This document shows, piece by piece, positions 43,382-51,934 of a DNA stretch of 52,939 bases. The position numbers and the translations under genes were made by a program. The number at the start of each line of letters is the position of its first letter. Within the stretch, counting starts at the first letter, position 1. Origin of the DNA: a virus (Duplodnaviria > Caudoviricetes); the IMG/VR virus record IMGVR_UViG_3300028388_001804, positions 1 through 52,939 of that record; one strand, 5' to 3'. The notes beneath the pieces were generated by a model. It made no database searches and was not told the origin of the DNA. It saw nothing but the letters and a program-made list of their open reading frames with translations.

Positions 43382-43728
43382 TTTCCTTCTTTATAAGAAT
43401 ATTTATACTTTAAATCTGACGAAAACTTTTTTGGAGTAATATCGTCAATCATTCCTTTTATTAAAGTTTTAAATCCTTTTTTAACAGCTAAGGTTAAAGC
43501 TTCATGTTCAGTAAGATCTTTTGTCAGAGGTTCTTTTACTGTGAATTTAAACTCTTTTAGATCTTGATGTTGGAATGTTGCACTAGCGTACTCTTTATTA
43601 TGATCTATTACAAGGTCTATATCATCAAGTGGAAATTTAAAGTCTTTTTTCAGTATAAAACTTGCAAACAACCTTACTGCAGATTTTATATTTATAGTGT
43701 CTTTTAGCTGAAGTAAAAGTTTTTTCAT
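43366..43728 (-). CDS. Hypothetical protein
   Basis: 120-aa ORF coupled to its neighbours. Confidence 0.6.
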   Translation of the reverse strand: MKKLLLQLKDTINIKSAVRLFASFILKKDFKFPLDDIDLVIDHNKEYASATFQHQDLKEFKFTVKEPLTKDLTEHEALTLAVKKGFKTLIKGMIDDITPKKFSSDLKYKYSYKEGNWIKK

Positions 43729-44306
43729 TAGAAAATTCTTTTTTCTGTTAAAGTTTCTTGTCTACCTCCGTAAACTGTGTTATCTTCTGAGTCTCTTTCA
43801 GTGAAAAATAGCTCCTCTATAGTGCGAAACTCTTCAAATAATTTTTTATCTCTCGAAACTAATTTATCTAACTTCTCAGTTAAATCTAATGCTCTTTCAA
43901 GAGACTCTGTGGTTTCGATTTCCTTTTGTGCCTTTTGAATTAACATCTCTTTAAATTTAAGATAGTCTAATTTTTGTCTTACTAAAGATTGAATTTCAGT
44001 TAAACACATTTCTGGAAATTTTTTAAGGCAGTCTTGAAACACTATATCATCCCAATCTAAATTAGGGTAAATATATTTTTCAATAGACTTAATTTTTTCC
44101 TCTTCTGTTAAAGCTATAAATTTATTCTTTTTATCGTCAGGATGTTTTAATAAGACTATAACCCACATTAGCTTAGAGCTTTTAGATTTACCATATTTTT
44201 TATAAAGAGTTGCATAAGGAGCTATGTATTTATGTTGTGGATTTAATTCCCAGTAATTTGCTTTCAAGTCAAAATTATCAGGAATATTTGCAAAATTAGT
44301 TTGCAT
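43728..44306 (-). CDS. Conserved terminase-proximal protein (possible small terminase)
   Basis: YWELNPQ..Y, SSKLMWVI, coiled coil and terminal GGRQETLTEK; upstream of terL. Function is inferred from position only. Confidence 0.45.
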   Translation of the reverse strand: MQTNFANIPDNFDLKANYWELNPQHKYIAPYATLYKKYGKSKSSKLMWVIVLLKHPDDKKNKFIALTEEEKIKSIEKYIYPNLDWDDIVFQDCLKKFPEMCLTEIQSLVRQKLDYLKFKEMLIQKAQKEIETTESLERALDLTEKLDKLVSRDKKLFEEFRTIEELFFTERDSEDNTVYGGRQETLTEKRIF

Positions 44307-44307
44307 A

Positions 44308-44601
44308 CTATTCAGATGTTATCGTACTTTTAACAAGTAAAGTAGCATTTATCTTAACTCCTGAATCAAGTAACTCTAATTTAATTTTTTTAGTAGAATC
44401 TATAGATTTCTTTGTAATATAAGAAGGTATAGGAGGTAATTTTATAGATCCAGTTATACGATCTTTTGTAAAAGTAGTTAAAGTGCAACCACACATAGGT
44501 TTAGCTTTAATAATTTCAACTCCTGCAGGTGCTTCCCACTTTATTAGTACTTTCTCTCTAGGTTTTCTTTCTTCTAGATTTAAGATATAAGTTTTCTGCA
44601 T
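44308..44601 (-). CDS. DUF1573-like Ig-fold protein
   Basis: II.AKPMCGCT motif. Confidence 0.6.
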   Translation of the reverse strand: MQKTYILNLEERKPREKVLIKWEAPAGVEIIKAKPMCGCTLTTFTKDRITGSIKLPPIPSYITKKSIDSTKKIKLELLDSGVKINATLLVKSTITSE

Positions 44602-44607
44602 AATAAT

Positions 44608-44829
44608 TTAATTTAAAAGTTCTATTTCATTAAATTTAACTGTTCTAGAGCCTTTTAGTTTATTTTTTCTTTTTGTACTGTAAATAGTAATTAACTGGTC
44701 TTGAGCTTCAAGTAATTGTATTTCTTCTAAAGACTTACCTGTAGTTTTCAGGTAATAAACATTATTCAGATACTTTACTGTTATTATTCTCATGGTCATG
44801 AAGTATAAATAAAATTGAAGCAGCTGCAT
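44608..44829 (-). CDS. Small hypothetical protein (true start probably the internal MTMRII)
   Basis: Fills the gap in the operon. Confidence 0.5.
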   Translation of the reverse strand: MQLLQFYLYFMTMRIITVKYLNNVYYLKTTGKSLEEIQLLEAQDQLITIYSTKRKNKLKGSRTVKFNEIELLN

Positions 44830-45064
44830 GAGCTAAATGTGGTAGTCCAGATTCAGAATCTAGGTATTCGCCTTTTTTATGTTGCCATAAATGTCTTTGC
44901 GCAGCATTCCAGAACCTTTCATCTAGATTGTTCAGTAACATCCAATTGTTTTTAGAATATTTTTTATTACCGTACATTTGAACTTTAATAACTTTTTCTA
45001 AAGCTTTAACAGGTAATAATGACCATTCTAATTTATCTTTATCATTTTTCTGTCCTTTATTCAT
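44762..45064 (-). CDS. DUF5664 / dATP-dGTP diphosphohydrolase-like domain protein
   Basis: KNDKDKLEWSLLP..AL..V..V..YG.KKY..NNW...RHL....GE..D.ESGLPHLAHAA pattern. Confidence 0.85.
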   Translation of the reverse strand: MNKGQKNDKDKLEWSLLPVKALEKVIKVQMYGNKKYSKNNWMLLNNLDERFWNAAQRHLWQHKKGEYLDSESGLPHLAHAAASILFILHDHENNNSKVSE

Positions 45065-45363
45065 AAATTTTTATTAGAAGGTGTCACACATTTTAACAAC
45101 TCAATATCCATTGAATTAGAGTTATTATCTTGGTTTTGTACTTGCAACCACTTATTATATTCTGCCGTCTTACGCCATATAACCACAGCTTCTTGCCAAT
45201 CTTCTCTGTCTTTATGTGTTAGTATGTGTGGTGTGTTTAATACTTTATTATCGGAAGTAAAGACTCTTATAATTCCACTGTCTGCAAACCAAAACCTGTC
45301 CCATTCAGGCAATTTAATCTTACCTCCTTTTTCTAATAAATTTAAAGCTTGTTTGAAATTCAT
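45061..45363 (-). CDS. Tad2-like (DUF2829-type) anti-defence sponge protein
   Basis: MNFKQAL..L..G.KI..P.W and EDW motifs resemble the Tad2 family. Confidence 0.6.
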   Translation of the reverse strand: MNFKQALNLLEKGGKIKLPEWDRFWFADSGIIRVFTSDNKVLNTPHILTHKDREDWQEAVVIWRKTAEYNKWLQVQNQDNNSNSMDIELLKCVTPSNKNL

Positions 45364-45413
45364 ACTTACATGTTTATATAGTAATAACTAAAAATATTAT
45401 ATATTTATTAGTT

Positions 45414-45803
45414 TTAAGTTAAATCCATTTCATGATGTTCCTGAGTAGTAATATCTTGAGTAGTGCCACCATCTCTATTATTATCTACACTATCTAAATT
45501 AAACCCATTAGGATACCTTTTTAATAGCTTGTCTATGTTTTTTTTCATTACACTATTTAATGTTCCGCCTGTTTCTGAAGCTAATGCAGTAAGATACCAC
45601 AATACATCACCTAATTCTTTATCTAAAGCTTCTATGTCAAGAGACTTACCATGAAAAGACCATTTTTTAATTAGTTCAACAACTTCTCCAACTTCACCTG
45701 AAAGACCAAGAGCATAGTTTATTGCTGATAATTTATGATCTGAAACTTTAGGATTATTGTTCATCGTACGCTTAACTGCAAGATTATAAGTATCTGCTTT
45801 CAT
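45414..45803 (-). CDS. MazG-like NTP pyrophosphohydrolase
   Basis: ALGLSGEVGEVVELIKK, ELGDVLWYL and NIDKLLKRYPNGF. Confidence 0.9.
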   Translation of the reverse strand: MKADTYNLAVKRTMNNNPKVSDHKLSAINYALGLSGEVGEVVELIKKWSFHGKSLDIEALDKELGDVLWYLTALASETGGTLNSVMKKNIDKLLKRYPNGFNLDSVDNNRDGGTTQDITTQEHHEMDLT

Positions 45804-45859
45804 ATTTATTTATTTATCTGAATAATACTCTTGTAAAGAGTCACAATCTTCTCCGTTCA

Positions 45860-46033
45860 TTATATGAATATTACATCGTTTATTGAAATAGGAAACTTTC
45901 TTCCTTCTATAAATACAAATTTAAGATTTTGTCTGGTAACATTATAAGTAGCTATTGGCGATACTAAATTAGTATAGTCATACTTAGGTTCACCTAGAAA
46001 TTTAGTAGCGGATATAATTTTAATTTTTTTCAT
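45860..46033 (-). CDS. Small hypothetical protein (57 aa, below track cutoff)
   Basis: MKKIKIISATKFLGEPKYDY...DVIFI*; overlaps the upstream stop and fills the apparent gap. Confidence 0.6.
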   Translation of the reverse strand: MKKIKIISATKFLGEPKYDYTNLVSPIATYNVTRQNLKFVFIEGRKFPISINDVIFI

Positions 46034-46397
46034 TTAACACTTCTTTCCAAATTAACTCATAATAAGGTTTTATAATAGCTTCACAATGTAAAACTTTATC
46101 AAGATCTTGAGCCGAAATACAAATATAATTATATGTTATATTAGATTTAAATCTTGTTTCATATATTAGTCTAATTTCTGAAGCTAATTCAGATAAATCA
46201 TTCCAATATGAGTCGTTTGTAGTTTCTTTTTTATCTAGATATTCTATTAAATCTAAAGAATATTTAGTAGGATTTGTTTCTTTTATAACAACAGGCTGAA
46301 TAATTACACAATCATAATAAGATCTATCGTACGTTTTAACTGTATTACAGGAGAAAAATAAAAATGTTGTTGTTAATAAAGTCAATAATAATTTCAT
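46020..46397 (-). CDS. Putative lipoprotein
   Basis: Signal peptide II-like MKLLLTLLTTTFLFFSC. Confidence 0.65.
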   Translation of the reverse strand: MKLLLTLLTTTFLFFSCNTVKTYDRSYYDCVIIQPVVIKETNPTKYSLDLIEYLDKKETTNDSYWNDLSELASEIRLIYETRFKSNITYNYICISAQDLDKVLHCEAIIKPYYELIWKEVLNEKN

Positions 46398-46408
46398 TTT
46401 AAGGTTAT

Positions 46409-46783
46409 TTATACAGCATCTTTTTTATCAATATAAGATGCAGCTCTATTTTTCAAAGTAATTTCTAAAGTTTTTATAATCAAATTGGTGTATGCTTCTT
46501 TCAAAGATTCTCCTGTAGCTTTTAAATTTACATTTTCAGATAAAGAAGAAGTAATATGGTATTTAGTACTGAATCTTGTTACTTTAGCTGTGTCGATGAC
46601 ACCTAATATTTGTTTAGATACAGATTCTAATAGTCCTTGAGAAAAGAATTTTAAAAATTCGTAATTTCTAAGTTCCTCTATATTTCTTTTATTTTTTCGA
46701 TCGGAAGAATTTTCCCAATATATTTTCATTATAATAATTTGGTTTTTTAATTGCATCTTTCTGAAAAAGATATTTAGTCTCAT
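46409..46783 (-). CDS. Hypothetical protein (start uncertain)
   Basis: ORF in the operon; the track start overlaps the upstream gene heavily. Confidence 0.5.
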   Translation of the reverse strand: MRLNIFFRKMQLKNQIIIMKIYWENSSDRKNKRNIEELRNYEFLKFFSQGLLESVSKQILGVIDTAKVTRFSTKYHITSSLSENVNLKATGESLKEAYTNLIIKTLEITLKNRAASYIDKKDAV

Positions 46784-47102
46784 AATAAGTTAAATCGCTT
46801 AAAGATTTACAAACTTTTAATATAGTTCTTTTAACAGGTTTTAGTTTATTTTCTTTCGTTAAAGATTTAACTTTTTTAGAAGATCCGACATACTTTTTCC
46901 AATCTGACTCTATGGTATATCTTACTTTACGTTTTTTGTTTTTTACTTTACGTTTTTTATTAAAAAATAATACTTTCCTACCTAGATAATAATACCCGTT
47001 ATCGAATAAAATTAAATACACAAACCCTACTGTACTGGATGGAAAATCTTCTATCGAATTTATTTCTTTATTTCTATATGTCCATGTAGGTAAACTGTCC
47101 AT
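46689..47102 (-). CDS. GIY-YIG-like nuclease-fold protein
   Basis: GFVYLI...YYLGRK, ESDWKKYVGSS, LTYYE and YYNENILGKF. Confidence 0.7.
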   Translation of the reverse strand: MDSLPTWTYRNKEINSIEDFPSSTVGFVYLILFDNGYYYLGRKVLFFNKKRKVKNKKRKVRYTIESDWKKYVGSSKKVKSLTKENKLKPVKRTILKVCKSLSDLTYYETKYLFQKDAIKKPNYYNENILGKFFRSKK

Positions 47103-47108
47103 TTAACT

Positions 47109-47495
47109 TTATTTACCAAGCCAGAATCTGAGTTCTTTACATTTTTGTAAGACAACTTCAGAAGCTTTTAATTCTTCTAATTCAGCTTGAATACAAGTTA
47201 GCATATCGCCTACTGTAATACCATTAATTTTATCAGTATCTTTCTCTCCTTCTTCTAAGATCTTCTTTAATTGAGCTATATTTTCTTTATCTTTATCTGT
47301 TTTATCTGTTTTCTTTTCAATTAAATCTAAAGTTTTTTCTGCTTTCGACAGAGACTCTTTATCAACTATAACCATTTTAGGTCTTATAAATGTAATGTTT
47401 TGAGTTTGATCTTTTAAATGTTCTAGAGTATTATCTTCTTTAAGTTCATAAGAAGGTATTGAGTATGTTGATACGTTTAATTTTTCAATTTTCAT
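47109..47495 (-). CDS. Hypothetical protein
   Basis: 128-aa ORF in the operon. Confidence 0.6.
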   Translation of the reverse strand: MKIEKLNVSTYSIPSYELKEDNTLEHLKDQTQNITFIRPKMVIVDKESLSKAEKTLDLIEKKTDKTDKDKENIAQLKKILEEGEKDTDKINGITVGDMLTCIQAELEELKASEVVLQKCKELRFWLGK

Positions 47496-47815
47496 GGTTT
47501 GTTCTGGTTTTGATTTTTGTAAATAGTCCAGTCTAATTTTTTCATAAACTGAGGATAACAGGTATCTGGTTTATTAGAACATATTTTAGGTTTTATATAA
47601 CATCCACAATTTAAACATTCTCCTGCCATTAAACATTCTTTTGTGCTGTCTAAAGTAATTCTATAGTTAATCTGATCTTTTAAATGTTTTGAAAGGAGAT
47701 TTTTATTATAAAGAAATAAATTTAAATTGCCTTGAACTAAATAAAACCAATCTGAAAAGCTATTTAGCAGTTTTATTTTGCTCTTTAAAGTTTTTAAGGA
47801 AAACATCTTTTTCAT
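47492..47815 (-). CDS. Small Zn-finger protein
   Basis: CLMAGECLNCGC...K.C....CYP. Confidence 0.6.
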   Translation of the reverse strand: MKKMFSLKTLKSKIKLLNSFSDWFYLVQGNLNLFLYNKNLLSKHLKDQINYRITLDSTKECLMAGECLNCGCYIKPKICSNKPDTCYPQFMKKLDWTIYKNQNQNKP

Positions 47816-48290
47816 CTGATTTAAATTCTTTATAAAGACCTATTAAAAAATTAGCTGGTATTTTCTCTTTTTTCATTTTATTATCTAAAGAATCTTCTGA
47901 AATTATATTTGCTTTTAATCTATTCCAATACCCAGAAGGTAAGAAAACAATGAATTTTTCATCTAATCCTGCAATAAATCTATCTTCGTATTGTGAAAGT
48001 TTTGATTTCCACACTTGTTTTGTACTATCAGTTTTCATTATATTTAGTAATGAAACTACAATTCTATAAACATCTGTAGATACATTAATCTTTTTATATT
48101 CATTTACAATAGTAATTTCATTATCTTTAATAATATAGTCTGTAGAGAGAATGCAAGGATGTTTTTCATGCTCTATAACATTATATTTATCAAGATCAAG
48201 TAAGTTTATTTTTATATCTGATTTTGCAAACTTAAAAATTTCTGTTAATGTATATTTCTTTTCTTTCGAAAATAGAGAAGTTAATTTCAT
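47760..48290 (-). CDS. Hypothetical protein
   Basis: 176-aa ORF coupled to the chaperonin gene. Confidence 0.6.
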   Translation of the reverse strand: MKLTSLFSKEKKYTLTEIFKFAKSDIKINLLDLDKYNVIEHEKHPCILSTDYIIKDNEITIVNEYKKINVSTDVYRIVVSLLNIMKTDSTKQVWKSKLSQYEDRFIAGLDEKFIVFLPSGYWNRLKANIISEDSLDNKMKKEKIPANFLIGLYKEFKSDEKDVFLKNFKEQNKTAK

Positions 48291-49843
48291 TGTATTAAAA
48301 TATTTTCTGTTAATAATACTGTTTTTGCTGTGGATACAGCTGTTTTCAAGGCAGTTTGTAGGACAAATGCAGAGTCTAGTACCCCTTCTTTGCGAAGATC
48401 CCCGTAAGAGAGTGTATGGGCATTGAAAAGGTAATTTTTATCATAGTCTATATCTTTTAATATAGTGTCTGCGTGTAAGCCTGCATTCTCTAGTATTTTT
48501 TTAGCAGGAGATCGTAAGGCTCTTTCTAAGATTTTAGCTCCTGTATTATCAGGGTATTCTAAGATGTAGCTTTTTAAAAAATCTGCTATATAGTATAATA
48601 AAAATCCTCCACCTACTACCGTACCATGAATCTGTGCTGATTTAGTAGATAAAACTGCATCTTCGGTACGATGTACTTTTTCCAAAGCCTCTATTTCAGT
48701 TTGTGCGCCTATCTTTATAGTAGCTATTCCTCCTGCTAATGATGCCAATCTTTTTTCAAATCTAGATTTATCGTAAGTATTAGTTGAAGATTTAATGTCT
48801 TCTTTAATAGCAGTTATCCTTTCTTCTAAATCCTCAGGATGATAAGAATCAGAAAATATAATAGTGTGGTCTTCTTTTATGATAATTTCATTTACCGAAC
48901 CAAGGCTATTTTCAGGAGAATAATCTGTTAAAAGTGTGTCAGCTTCTTCTTTTATAAAATATCCATTACTAACTAAGGCAATATCATCTAGTATTTCAAT
49001 TCTTTCTTCTCCGTATGAAGGTAATTTACAAAAAGCTATTTGCGTTCCTTCAGATCGAAGATTGAATGCTGCTGCTAGAGTTTGAGTAGAAGCTTCGTCA
49101 CAAAAAATTACAATAGGACGATCTAAGTTCTGAGCATAAATAATGTATTCTTTTACATCGAGTATAGACCCTATGTTTTTATCTGTTATTAAAATTAGAG
49201 CATCTTTAAATTTTACAAAATCTTTTTTATTATTGAAAGAAGGATGAACATATCCTGTTCTAAAGTGCATTCCTTCGGTTATATGCAATGTAGTTTCTTT
49301 TTTGAAAGAAGGTTCTATTTTAACCAGTCCATTTACTCCTACTGTATCAAAAGCTTCCCCTATGAGGCGACCAATATACTGATCGTTATTAGCTGATATA
49401 GTTGCAACTTGAATTAATTCTTCTTTTTTTGTTATCTTTTCAGCTGATGTTTTTATAAGATCTTCAAGTACTGTTTGTATTGAAGTAAGTTGTCGGGCTA
49501 TGTCAATAGGATGAGTAGAATCAGAATATTTTATAGCCTCTTTTATTATTTCTGCTGCTAAAAGTGTGCAGGTAGTAGTAGCATCTCCAGCTTCAGTAAC
49601 AGCTTTATTTGCAGCCTCTATAACCAGTTCAGCTCCTAAATTCTCATATTTATCTTTAAATTTAATTGCTTTAGCTACAGTAACTCCATCTTTTGTAATT
49701 ATAGGTCCGACATCTTCAGGATCCCTTATAAGAACATTTCTACCTTTCGGTCCTAATGTAGAGGATACTACACTACTTAAATTAAGTATTCCAGTTAAAA
49801 GTTTATGTTTATTAGATTCCATTTTTCTTGAACATTTCAACAT
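48287..49843 (-). CDS. groEL: Phage GroEL-like chaperonin
   Basis: TLGPKGRNV, ITKDGVTVAK, AGDATTT, VATISANND, RLASLAGGIA and VVGGG motifs; start probably at the second Met. Confidence 0.95.
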   Translation of the reverse strand: MLKCSRKMESNKHKLLTGILNLSSVVSSTLGPKGRNVLIRDPEDVGPIITKDGVTVAKAIKFKDKYENLGAELVIEAANKAVTEAGDATTTCTLLAAEIIKEAIKYSDSTHPIDIARQLTSIQTVLEDLIKTSAEKITKKEELIQVATISANNDQYIGRLIGEAFDTVGVNGLVKIEPSFKKETTLHITEGMHFRTGYVHPSFNNKKDFVKFKDALILITDKNIGSILDVKEYIIYAQNLDRPIVIFCDEASTQTLAAAFNLRSEGTQIAFCKLPSYGEERIEILDDIALVSNGYFIKEEADTLLTDYSPENSLGSVNEIIIKEDHTIIFSDSYHPEDLEERITAIKEDIKSSTNTYDKSRFEKRLASLAGGIATIKIGAQTEIEALEKVHRTEDAVLSTKSAQIHGTVVGGGFLLYYIADFLKSYILEYPDNTGAKILERALRSPAKKILENAGLHADTILKDIDYDKNYLFNAHTLSYGDLRKEGVLDSAFVLQTALKTAVSTAKTVLLTENILIQ

Positions 49844-50351
49844 CGTAATATTTAATATTTAATCTTTTAGAAAATATTAAATCTGAATTAGAAAAATCTT
49901 TTTTAGAGTTGTACTTATTTTTAGGATCATAACAAACAAATTCGTTATTATCGTCATAATGTTTGTTTAGTCCGCTTGCATCTCCTATCATAATATAATT
50001 CTCAGGATTACTATCTTTGAGTTCTTGTAAAGCTTCTAAGCCCATAGCCACGTTAGGTTTATGTCTATATGTTTTAGTGCCGTCTGAATAGAAGTAATTT
50101 ACTGGGACTTGTAGGTAAGTTTCAAGACTTTCAGATACCGAATTTAATTTTTCAACTATATCTTTTTCCTGAAAGTATCCATGTTTTATACCTCCTTGAT
50201 TTGTAATTATTGTTACACTTTGTAAATCAGATATTTCCAGTAGACGAGATACAACAGTATCATCAAATATCCAATCTTCTTTAGAAATTGGAAAAGTTTC
50301 TCCTGTTAATGTAGTGATAAGAGTGTGGTCTAAGTCTATAAGTACTCTCAT
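49812..50351 (-). CDS. HAD-family phosphatase (PNK 3'-phosphatase/GmhB-like)
   Basis: DLDHTLI, ITNQGG, HKPN and MIGDASG...SD motifs. Confidence 0.9.
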   Translation of the reverse strand: MRVLIDLDHTLITTLTGETFPISKEDWIFDDTVVSRLLEISDLQSVTIITNQGGIKHGYFQEKDIVEKLNSVSESLETYLQVPVNYFYSDGTKTYRHKPNVAMGLEALQELKDSNPENYIMIGDASGLNKHYDDNNEFVCYDPKNKYNSKKDFSNSDLIFSKRLNIKYYDVEMFKKNGI

Positions 50352-50977
50352 AATTTTCCTTTTATAAGATTATATGGAATACATAAATATCCAAACTCTG
50401 AATCTTCAATATCAGAAGGAGGTCTTTCAAAATTAGAAAGTTGTTCTGTGTCTGGATGTATAAAGTGATGTAGAGGCATTAATATATCCTTATTACCTTT
50501 TTTAGGAGATACAATTTGCAATGCTTCAGTATGGAGATATACATCATCTCCTGGTTTTAATTCTAAAGGGTTGTAACTATTAGATGTACTTACTACTACT
50601 GCTTTTTCGGAAAAAGGAAATGGGTTGGTTATTGGTGCCATTTCTCCTATGCCAGAAGCAGTACTTATATATAGTTTAGGTGCGTAGTCTTGTAGGTCTT
50701 TTCCCATTACACTGCCAAATTTACGAGCATATACTCTAACCAGGACATAACTTGAAGCAGGGATAAATTTTTTGTAATTGGGTAGGTGATTTTGAATGTT
50801 TTTATTGTACTTCTCTCTTTTTTCAGCTTCTTCTTTGGTAACAGAACGAAAAGGAGAGTGTATTTTTCGTGTTTTACGTTCGTTTGAAGTGTCAATAGGA
50901 GATAAAGTAGTAGCATCTGATTTTATAAAATCATTCATTGTGTTTAATCGTTTTCTTGATTGTTGTTTTCTTGTCAT
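50348..50977 (-). CDS. Divergent GroES-like co-chaperonin
   Basis: FIPASSYVLVR ... AVVVS ... LKPGDDVYL follows the GroES strand pattern; two genes from GroEL. Confidence 0.5.
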   Translation of the reverse strand: MTRKQQSRKRLNTMNDFIKSDATTLSPIDTSNERKTRKIHSPFRSVTKEEAEKREKYNKNIQNHLPNYKKFIPASSYVLVRVYARKFGSVMGKDLQDYAPKLYISTASGIGEMAPITNPFPFSEKAVVVSTSNSYNPLELKPGDDVYLHTEALQIVSPKKGNKDILMPLHHFIHPDTEQLSNFERPPSDIEDSEFGYLCIPYNLIKGKL

Positions 50978-51254
50978 CTTTGATTTTTTTAATGTGCGTG
51001 GCTATTTTCAATCGTAAGGTATCTCTGATATTAGGATTTTCTTTTCTATTTAAGGTGAATATTCGTTTTTTAAGTCTAAAAACAACTGGAGTTACAGTTA
51101 GAATATTTCTGAACTTAAATCCTTGTGGAAATTCTATGGGATTAGATAGAACTTGTTTTAAGGTTTTGAAGAAATCTTCTATGGTTTGGTCTATGTCATT
51201 AGGGTCTAAATCAGGATATTTTTCATATAGTTGTTTTACTAATGTCTTGTCCAT
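50931..51254 (-). CDS. HU/IHF-like DNA-binding protein
   Basis: LVKQLYEKYP.L...DID..I..FF..LK..L helix pattern and a basic tail. Confidence 0.5.
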   Translation of the reverse strand: MDKTLVKQLYEKYPDLDPNDIDQTIEDFFKTLKQVLSNPIEFPQGFKFRNILTVTPVVFRLKKRIFTLNRKENPNIRDTLRLKIATHIKKIKDDKKTTIKKTIKHNE

Positions 51255-51544
51255 TCTATTGTTATGTTCTTTAATCCTTGATCTTGGAGATTATAGAAGT
51301 CTTTATCCATTATATTATCTTTATCTAGGATACCTGCTTCTCTGAGTGCTTTTCTATGTACCCTTACTGTTGATGGAGATATATCTAGTTTTAATGCTAT
51401 TTGACCTGATGTGGGAGGTTTAGCCCATTTGTAGTCTAAGGTTATATCTAGTATATCTAGTTGTCTGGACGTTGGGTTTAGTCCCTTTAATGCCATTAAT
51501 ACCCTTAATATCTCTTTTCTTTTGAATTTTCTCTTTATTTTCAT
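51239..51544 (-). CDS. HTH DNA-binding protein, first gene of the minus-strand block
   Basis: PTSRQLDIL...PTSGQIALKLDISPSTVRVHRKALREAGIL. Confidence 0.85.
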   Translation of the reverse strand: MKIKRKFKRKEILRVLMALKGLNPTSRQLDILDITLDYKWAKPPTSGQIALKLDISPSTVRVHRKALREAGILDKDNIMDKDFYNLQDQGLKNITIEWTRH

Positions 51545-51548
51545 AATT

Positions 51549-51587
51549 TCTTTCTTTCTTTTTTTGCTTCTTTTTTTCTTTCTTTCT
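51549..51587. repeat. Perfect 17-nt homopyrimidine mirror repeat with 5-nt spacer
   Basis: TCTTTCTTTCTTTTTTT-GCTTC-TTTTTTTCTTTCTTTCT. Confidence 0.9.
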
Positions 51588-51674
51588 GTAAAAGTAAAAT
51601 TTTTTTCGCAAAAAATTCAGAAGTGTTTATAAAAAAAGACGTATATTTTTTTAAACACCTTTAATTGAATTGCA

Positions 51675-51706
51675 GTAATATACAAAATACAGTCGATATA
51701 TCCAAA
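51675..51706 (-). promoter_or_regulatory. Candidate Bacteroidota-type promoter for the minus-strand block
   Basis: TTTG-N20-TATATTAC; the -7 box has two mismatches to TAnnTTTG. Confidence 0.25.
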
Positions 51707-51798
51707 TATTATATAATATATACTTATCTATTAATATTTACTTACTAATACGCATTTACCTATTAAGAAATATTTAGTAAAAAACACTTGTCTAGTAA

Positions 51799-51870
51799 AA
51801 AATATTTACCTACTATAAAATATTTATCTACTATAAAATATTTACCTACTATAAAATATTTACCTACTAT
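51799..51870. repeat. 4 x 18-bp tandem repeat AAAATATTTACCTACTAT
   Basis: Units at 51799, 51817 (one mismatch), 51835 and 51853; degenerate copies from ~51720. Confidence 0.95.
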
Positions 51871-51934
51871 ATAAACCGCCCCCCTTCCATTTTATGTCGG
51901 GGAATATCCCCCGGTTAATTTCTAAACAGTTTTT

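Noticed and set aside
50707-50916. 69-aa minus-strand ORF
   Set aside because: Nested out of frame within the GroES-like gene, with no motif.
11335-51345. Remaining short plus-strand ORFs
   Set aside because: All lie antisense to well-supported genes and lack recognisable motifs.
1-51544. Stop-codon reassignment (TAG or TGA) as known in some Crassvirales
   Set aside because: Genes are full length in code 11, TAG and TGA end genes at tight junctions (e.g. 21865, 44308, 19887), and the break at 10052 is TAA with continuation in a different frame.
51420-51611. 63-aa Lys-rich ORF
   Set aside because: Translation of the purine mirror repeat, overlapping the HTH gene out of frame.
51799-51870. 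CRISPR array
   Set aside because: The repeats are contiguous with no spacers. The Cas4-like nuclease is 29 kb away and is a common stand-alone phage gene.
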